36,181 nt of DNA, from IMG/VR virus record IMGVR_UViG_3300018080_000078, positions 1 through 36,181 of that record; one strand, given 5' to 3'. A program made the translations under genes and the position numbers. This document shows positions 31,294 to 36,181 of this stretch, piece by piece. Source of the stretch: a virus. Within the stretch, counting starts at the first letter, position 1; each line of letters starts with the position of its first letter. The notes beneath the pieces were generated by a model. It was not told the DNA's origin. It saw only the letters and a list, made by a program, of their open reading frames with translations, and ran no database searches.

Positions 31294-33441
31294 ATGCCTA
31301 AGGGAAACGTACCAAAGTCAACATTTGAAGCATGGAAAAGAACCACGTATGAAAAACCAAACTTAATGGTTCTAAAACTTTTTCAAAGAGACTTTAAACT
31401 GTCAGATGGTGATCTTAGTAGAATAGCTGTAGCGGGTAAAGTTTTTAGCAAAGATGCTACACGAGAGCAGAGGCGCTTTCAGCGAGATGTCATTAATATA
31501 TATAATAAGATTTTTCAAAAAGATAAAATGCAACCGCTAAAAGAAGGTGAAATGGATGAGTCGCTTGTAGGTGTATATCAAGTTGCAAGTGGTAATCCTG
31601 GTTTAATGGCGTTAAAAGCGTTTCAAGAAGCCTTTAACTTGTCAGACGATAAACTTAGAAAGATGGTTACTGAGGGTCAAATTTTTGAAAAAGACGCTAC
31701 ACCAGAGCAGAAGCGTTTTCAGCGAGATGCGTATAACATATATAATAAAATTTTTACAAAAGATAAAATGCAGTCTCTTTCGGAGAAAGACAAAGTTGAT
31801 CCGCTTGCAAGTACATATCAAATTGCTAGAGAGGTTAAAGATCCCGGAACATTAAAAACTGAAGAGCAACAAGAGGCAGCCAAAAGGGCAACAGAGGGCA
31901 TACTTGATCAACCGGCGTTCCAAGAGCAGCAGCTTCAACCAGCCGTACAGCAAGCAACAACTCCAGGTGGAGTTGTTAGGCAATCGCTTAAGGGGCTTAT
32001 AGATCCGCTTATTGGACAAATGGAAGAAAAGGTTGAGATTCCAGAAGGGGCAACAGCGGAACAGAAGAAGGCAATTGGCGAAGAAAATAAGGCTATAGCG
32101 GAAAGAAATAGGCAGAAAGGTGTCTTGGCCAAGGGAGGAAAGGAAGCGTTTGATATAGTCGCTGATATTGCACAGCAAGGGGCTCCTCCGCTTGCTCCAT
32201 TTGGTGGGGCACCAGGAGGTCCGGCTGTAAGCGCGTATGATGCTCTTATAAACTTAATAAGGCCTGGGAGAACAGGGGCGCAGAGCGTTGCAGCCGCAGT
32301 TGCTCCACAAGCGACAAGAGCTGGTACAACAATAGGTTCAACGGCAGGCACCCTTTTAGGTGGTCCTGTTGGCGGAGCTATAGGATCTGCTCTTGGCGCG
32401 CTAGGCGGCTATGGAGCTCAAAAGGGGTTAGAATGGCTTGGAAAGCCAGAAGGAGAGTTGGCTGGACTAGGAAGGCTTATAGGTGGAACTCGTCCAGGAT
32501 TCTTTGGTGGTGGACAACGTGGACTTGCTGGACTTGTATCTGGCGAAGATCCTCGCTCTTCACTTGCGACGCTGTTTGGCTTAACAAGGGGAAAAGCACC
32601 AGGTGGAAAAATAGGAAGAATTAGGCAAGCGTTAGGTGGTGGCTTAAGAGGAGTTGGAGAATTTTTACAGAAACCTGGAGCAGCATCTCAACTTAGAAAT
32701 ATTTTGTCTATTGCTGAGGCATTACCAGAGTTTGGTAGGCAATTATATGGCCTTGGTGGGCAATTGGGTATAAATAGGATGCTTGGTGGACTTGGAAGAA
32801 GGCTTGGTATACTTGGGCCAGAAACGGCTACTCAGCAGATTCCAACGGTTGGTGGCACAACTGTTGCTGGAGCTGCATTGCCACAGGCATTGCAGTTTGC
32901 GGTGCCAGCGTTACAGCAACAAGCAGCTCAGTTTCTAGGTAGGCCTGTTCCAGCTCAAGATGTTGTAAGGGGGCTTGATCAGCAAATGCAGGCTTCTTTA
33001 GCTCCACAAATGGCTCAACAGAATATATTAGAGTCTGAACTGAGAGGAAGAAGGCAGGCTGTCGAATTACAGCGAGCAGGACAGCAGGCTGACGTAGTTC
33101 TTCAAGGTGCTTTAAATAAGCTTAGGGCAACACAGCAACAACAAAGATTTCAAACTGCGCTAGGACGACAAAGGTTAAGCGCTGCAGAGGCTGCGCAAAG
33201 GGCAAGAATAGGCGCGCAAAGAGGCCTGTTGTCTGCTGCAGAAGTGTTGTCTGGGCAACAAATGAGATTTGAGCCACCGATAGAAAGAATACCAAGGCAG
33301 CCAGGGCTTGCTGAAGGGCTAGGAATAGCAGCAGGGGCACTGCAAGAGGCTACGACACCTTATGTGCAGCAGTCAATTCAAGAAGCATTTACGAGGCCTG
33401 TTACAACAAAAAGCGCTGCTGAAAGAAAAATAATAAAATAA
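31294..33441 (+). CDS. Internal virion (ejection-type) protein B, putative (715 aa)
   Basis: Synteny. It has a tandem 80-aa duplication at the N-terminus and Gly/Ala-rich central segments (GGPVGGAIGSALGALGGYG). Confidence 0.5.
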   Translation: MPKGNVPKSTFEAWKRTTYEKPNLMVLKLFQRDFKLSDGDLSRIAVAGKVFSKDATREQRRFQRDVINIYNKIFQKDKMQPLKEGEMDESLVGVYQVASGNPGLMALKAFQEAFNLSDDKLRKMVTEGQIFEKDATPEQKRFQRDAYNIYNKIFTKDKMQSLSEKDKVDPLASTYQIAREVKDPGTLKTEEQQEAAKRATEGILDQPAFQEQQLQPAVQQATTPGGVVRQSLKGLIDPLIGQMEEKVEIPEGATAEQKKAIGEENKAIAERNRQKGVLAKGGKEAFDIVADIAQQGAPPLAPFGGAPGGPAVSAYDALINLIRPGRTGAQSVAAAVAPQATRAGTTIGSTAGTLLGGPVGGAIGSALGALGGYGAQKGLEWLGKPEGELAGLGRLIGGTRPGFFGGGQRGLAGLVSGEDPRSSLATLFGLTRGKAPGGKIGRIRQALGGGLRGVGEFLQKPGAASQLRNILSIAEALPEFGRQLYGLGGQLGINRMLGGLGRRLGILGPETATQQIPTVGGTTVAGAALPQALQFAVPALQQQAAQFLGRPVPAQDVVRGLDQQMQASLAPQMAQQNILESELRGRRQAVELQRAGQQADVVLQGALNKLRATQQQQRFQTALGRQRLSAAEAAQRARIGAQRGLLSAAEVLSGQQMRFEPPIERIPRQPGLAEGLGIAAGALQEATTPYVQQSIQEAFTRPVTTKSAAERKIIK
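31357..31836 (+). repeat. Tandem 240-bp (80-aa) in-frame duplication
   Basis: PNLMVLKLFQRDFKLSDGDLSRIAVAGKVFSKDATREQRRFQRDVINIYNKIFQKDKMQPL.. is followed by PGLMALKAFQEAFNLSDDKLRKMVTEGQIFEKDATPEQKRFQRDAYNIYNKIFTKDKMQSL.. Long runs are identical at nucleotide level. Confidence 0.9.
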
Positions 33442-33453
33442 TAGGAGTTTGGA

Positions 33454-34995
33454 ATGGCAAACAATATATATAACAGAATGTCTCCAGCTGGGCAGTTTGC
33501 TGGAATGGTTGGAACTAGCCTTAGTCAGGTACTCGGCGGGTTTTTAGGCGCAAAATTAGAGCAAGACAGGATGAGAAGGCAGTTTGACACCAATAGAAGA
33601 ATTTTAAAAGCTCGACATCCAAAAATGTCTGAGGAAGAACTTAGTGAATATGCACAAGTTCCAACAGAAAATTTACAGCAGGTTATGGGAGGAATAAGTC
33701 AGCGTGGACTTTCGGATGTGATGGCAGCAGGCGCTCAGCAGCAACTTCCAGAAGATATAATGCAGCAAGAGCAGCTACAACAACAAGATATGATGGGCGC
33801 AATGCAAGAAGATGGTGCAGAAATTATGCAGGGCATACAAGATTTGGATAATGTTCCAGCAGGTTCTCCACTTGAGCGCAGGGTAATAAGAGAAGCAAAC
33901 ATGGAGGCTGCAAAAATACAAGATATGGAAAATGCTCTTGCAACAACAAATCTAGATAGAAATGAATATGAGGCCGCCAGAAAACATATAGACGATAGGC
34001 GAAAGGCGCTCGAAGACAGACTTATGGATCGAGAAAAAATTGCAATGAAGCAACAGGAGGCGAGAAGGCGACAGGCAAATGAAGATAGAAAGTTTGATCT
34101 GGATAGGCAGAAATTTCTACAGTCTATTGGGCTAGAAAAAGCAAAACAGGAAGAGAGAAGGCAGGGCCGCCTCGATAAGAAGTACGACGAATATTATAAT
34201 GATCTCTTAGATAAAGAGATTCTTCTTGAGGAGGATTTAGTAACATTAAAAATGATGAAAAAGTTGAATTCTGATCCTAAATCTGATTTTGGATATCAAG
34301 GCTTTAATATGCTTGCAAAAGGATATGCTGCAAAAGTTCTTGGTGATCCAACTGCATATATGGCGCTAGATGCGCAAACATTTGAAAAACTGACGGCAAA
34401 CCTTATAACGAGAAAAATACAGCAAATGAAGGGCGTTGGAAGAGTCACAAATAAGATGGTTGAGCAAATAGAAAAGCAAGTTCCAAGTCTTATGCAGTCT
34501 CCCGAAGGGCGTCAGCGAGTTATAAACATGCTCCTTGATCAGTCAAAGCTTGAGCGTGCGGAGATTAAGGCTGCAAGAAAAGTAAAAAAGAAGAATAAAG
34601 GCTATACAGATAATTTTAGAGAGCAAATCAACAAGGCAATGAAGCCGCAGTATAGAAAGTTTAAAACAAGAGTTTTGAATGTTGTTAATAAGGCTGCGAA
34701 AAAAGCAGCTCCGCAGCAGCGCCAATTTGAGGGTTATGGAATAAGTGAGGCTGCTACAGGAGCAGTAAGTGACTTTTGGAGAACTAACCTTGGAATGAAG
34801 GGACCTCAAAGAGGTGGGCCACCTGCATCACCAGCAGCCCCAGTAGTGACAAGTGGGTTAGGAACTCTTACAAAATCAACAATAAACAAGCTACTTGGAG
34901 GATTTAGGGCTCCAGGTGGTGTAGCAGAGACCGGAGCACAAGCATTAATGAGGTTTGGTGGAGCTTCTTTAGGGGATAGGCTTAGAACTCGATAG
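33454..34995 (+). CDS. Internal virion (ejection-type) protein C, putative (513 aa)
   Basis: Synteny. Q/E/K/R-rich coiled-coil composition. I can see no lysozyme or transglycosylase motif. Confidence 0.45.
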   Translation: MANNIYNRMSPAGQFAGMVGTSLSQVLGGFLGAKLEQDRMRRQFDTNRRILKARHPKMSEEELSEYAQVPTENLQQVMGGISQRGLSDVMAAGAQQQLPEDIMQQEQLQQQDMMGAMQEDGAEIMQGIQDLDNVPAGSPLERRVIREANMEAAKIQDMENALATTNLDRNEYEAARKHIDDRRKALEDRLMDREKIAMKQQEARRRQANEDRKFDLDRQKFLQSIGLEKAKQEERRQGRLDKKYDEYYNDLLDKEILLEEDLVTLKMMKKLNSDPKSDFGYQGFNMLAKGYAAKVLGDPTAYMALDAQTFEKLTANLITRKIQQMKGVGRVTNKMVEQIEKQVPSLMQSPEGRQRVINMLLDQSKLERAEIKAARKVKKKNKGYTDNFREQINKAMKPQYRKFKTRVLNVVNKAAKKAAPQQRQFEGYGISEAATGAVSDFWRTNLGMKGPQRGGPPASPAAPVVTSGLGTLTKSTINKLLGGFRAPGGVAETGAQALMRFGGASLGDRLRTR

Positions 34996-35064
34996 TGTTG
35001 TTTTTTCAGTTGATACGTATATTTGATATGAAATTGTTTTTAAAAGTTAACTTAGGAGACAATA

Positions 35065-36181
35065 ATGGCAATTAGAGAGAATCCTTCACTTGCCGAGGGA
35101 ACATATGGTAAGCCTGTAACTGTGTACAGCATTGCCTTAGAATATAATAGAGCACCAGCCTCTGACGATATAACGCAGTTAGGCCGACTTTGGGTAGATA
35201 AGTCAACAGGGAAGTCGTATATACTTTCAGATGTTTCTGGAAGTCCATTATCTGCTACCTGGAGAGAAATAGCGGATGCAACTCCAGATGGAACGGATGG
35301 AGAGCTGTTAATAGGTGCAACCGGAGCAGATGCTGCATGGGCCAATATCACTTCCAGTGGTGGAACGCTAGTTATTACTAATGGAGCAAACACAATTAAT
35401 ATGGAAGTGTCAGGGGCTACAACAAGCTCTTTCCCAACTGATGCCGGGACCGCGCTGCCACTGTTGGGGGCCACTAATATCGCTGGAGGCACCAATATTG
35501 GGACTACCGGAGTTGGCAATTCCGTGACAGTGAATCTGGATGCAAGCCCTTCTGTTGCGGGTTCTTTGACGGCCGCAACTTCAGTAACTGCTGGCGACAG
35601 CTTAATTATGTCGTCTGGCACATGTACAATTACCGCAGATGACAATACCGCAGATGTAATTTACCTTCATGCAGATGGAGGAGTCAGTGAAAAAATTAGA
35701 TTGCATGCAGATCAAGGAACAGCTGTAGATTCCGTTGAGCTTGCTTCTGATGTTGGAGGCATAACGATAGACTCCGGCTTAGCTTCTGCTGACGCTATTA
35801 ATATAGTAGCTTCAGATGCCGCTGGAGGTATAGACGTAGATTATGGTACAGCAGGCATGGCGGTAACAGGTGCAAACGGAGCATATACCCTTGCTACAGG
35901 GACAGGAGCTATATCGCTCGGCGCAGATGCCGCAGCTAAGGTTATAACCCTTGGAAATGCAACTGGCGCGACATCAGTTACGGTTGATTGTGGAACTGGT
36001 GGTGCTTCTTTTGGCGCATCTGCAAGTGCGCATGCAACAACTATCGGATCGACTAATACAACGGCTTCGACGGTTATTCAGTCTGGAACAGGAGATGTAA
36101 CAATAACATCTACTGATGCTATATTGGCTGACGCAGCAGGAGTATTAGAATTAAATTCTTCTGGAGGCGTAATTTCTATAG
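35065..36181 (+). CDS. Tail fibre/spike protein 1, 5' part (continues at base 1 of the window)
   Basis: ATG at 35065 lies 6 nt after TAGGAG. I translated it by hand to the window end with no stop (MAIRENPSLAEGTYGKPVTVYS...GELLIGATGADAAWANITSSGG...). It is missing from the ORF track only because no stop is reached before the window ends. The antisense ORF 35052..35645 is a shadow. Confidence 0.85.
   Translation, partial: MAIRENPSLAEGTYGKPVTVYSIALEYNRAPASDDITQLGRLWVDKSTGKSYILSDVSGSPLSATWREIADATPDGTDGELLIGATGADAAWANITSSGGTLVITNGANTINMEVSGATTSSFPTDAGTALPLLGATNIAGGTNIGTTGVGNSVTVNLDASPSVAGSLTAATSVTAGDSLIMSSGTCTITADDNTADVIYLHADGGVSEKIRLHADQGTAVDSVELASDVGGITIDSGLASADAINIVASDAAGGIDVDYGTAGMAVTGANGAYTLATGTGAISLGADAAAKVITLGNATGATSVTVDCGTGGASFGASASAHATTIGSTNTTASTVIQSGTGDVTITSTDAILADAAGVLELNSSGGVISI
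36059..36181. repeat. Terminal overlap, copy 2 (identical to 1..123)
   Basis: Same comparison. The overlap lies inside the fibre-1 coding frame. Confidence 0.97.

Noticed and set aside
35052-35645. Long antisense ORFs inside the fibre genes (35052..35645, 1205..1843, 140..352, 907..1095, 7733..8467, 3171..3353, 3837..4067, 4614..4946)
   Set aside because: They lie opposite Gly/Ala/Thr-rich repeat coding sequence, whose codon composition suppresses stops on the reverse strand. Their products are low-complexity Pro/Val/Ala strings with no start context. The sense frames carry clear fibre motifs.
36059-36181. Interpreting the 123-bp end repeat as a physical direct terminal repeat, as in T7-like phages
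   Set aside because: The repeat lies in the middle of a continuous fibre reading frame. No terminus-associated features are visible. An assembly overlap of a circular or permuted genome is the simpler reading.
1-36181. Alternative genetic code (stop-codon reassignment)
   Set aside because: Genes end at TAA, TAG and TGA, with sensible spacing to the next RBS and start. No long gene is fragmented by one recurrent in-frame stop.

Overview
The window is a complete, circularly closed tailed-phage genome written as a linear string. Bases 1-123 are identical to bases 36059-36181, so the non-redundant unit is 36,058 bp. One tail-fibre gene (35065..36181 joined to 1..1904) runs through this artificial junction.

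Layout:
- Fibre / receptor-binding cluster (35065 -> wrap -> 8843): three long fibres, three tandem C1q/TNF-like paralogues and a few small genes.
- Leftward recombination operon (8897..10116): ERF annealing protein plus a coiled-coil/zinc-ribbon protein.
- RuvC resolvase (10288..10794).
- A 0.6-kb ORF-free control region (11113..11708) bounded by strong sigma70-type promoters.
- Early/middle small genes (11.7-15.5 kb): an RHH regulator, a terminase-small-subunit-like protein, and a Cys-rich/HTH gene flanked by a duplicated 36-bp sequence.
- Packaging and DNA-modification genes: terminase large subunit, a ParB-Dam methyltransferase fusion and a PD-(D/E)xK nuclease.
- Structural module: portal, a 1.8-kb reverse-strand cassette of small genes, scaffold, major capsid protein, adaptor/nozzle-like proteins, one lone reverse gene, and three Q/A/G/R-rich internal (ejection-type) proteins.

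The structural gene order is podovirus (T7-like) synteny. By eye I find no RNA polymerase, DNA polymerase, primase/helicase, integrase, endolysin, tRNA, rRNA or CRISPR array. These absences need HMM searches to confirm.

All function calls come from motif recognition in the translated ORFs and from synteny. No database search was run.
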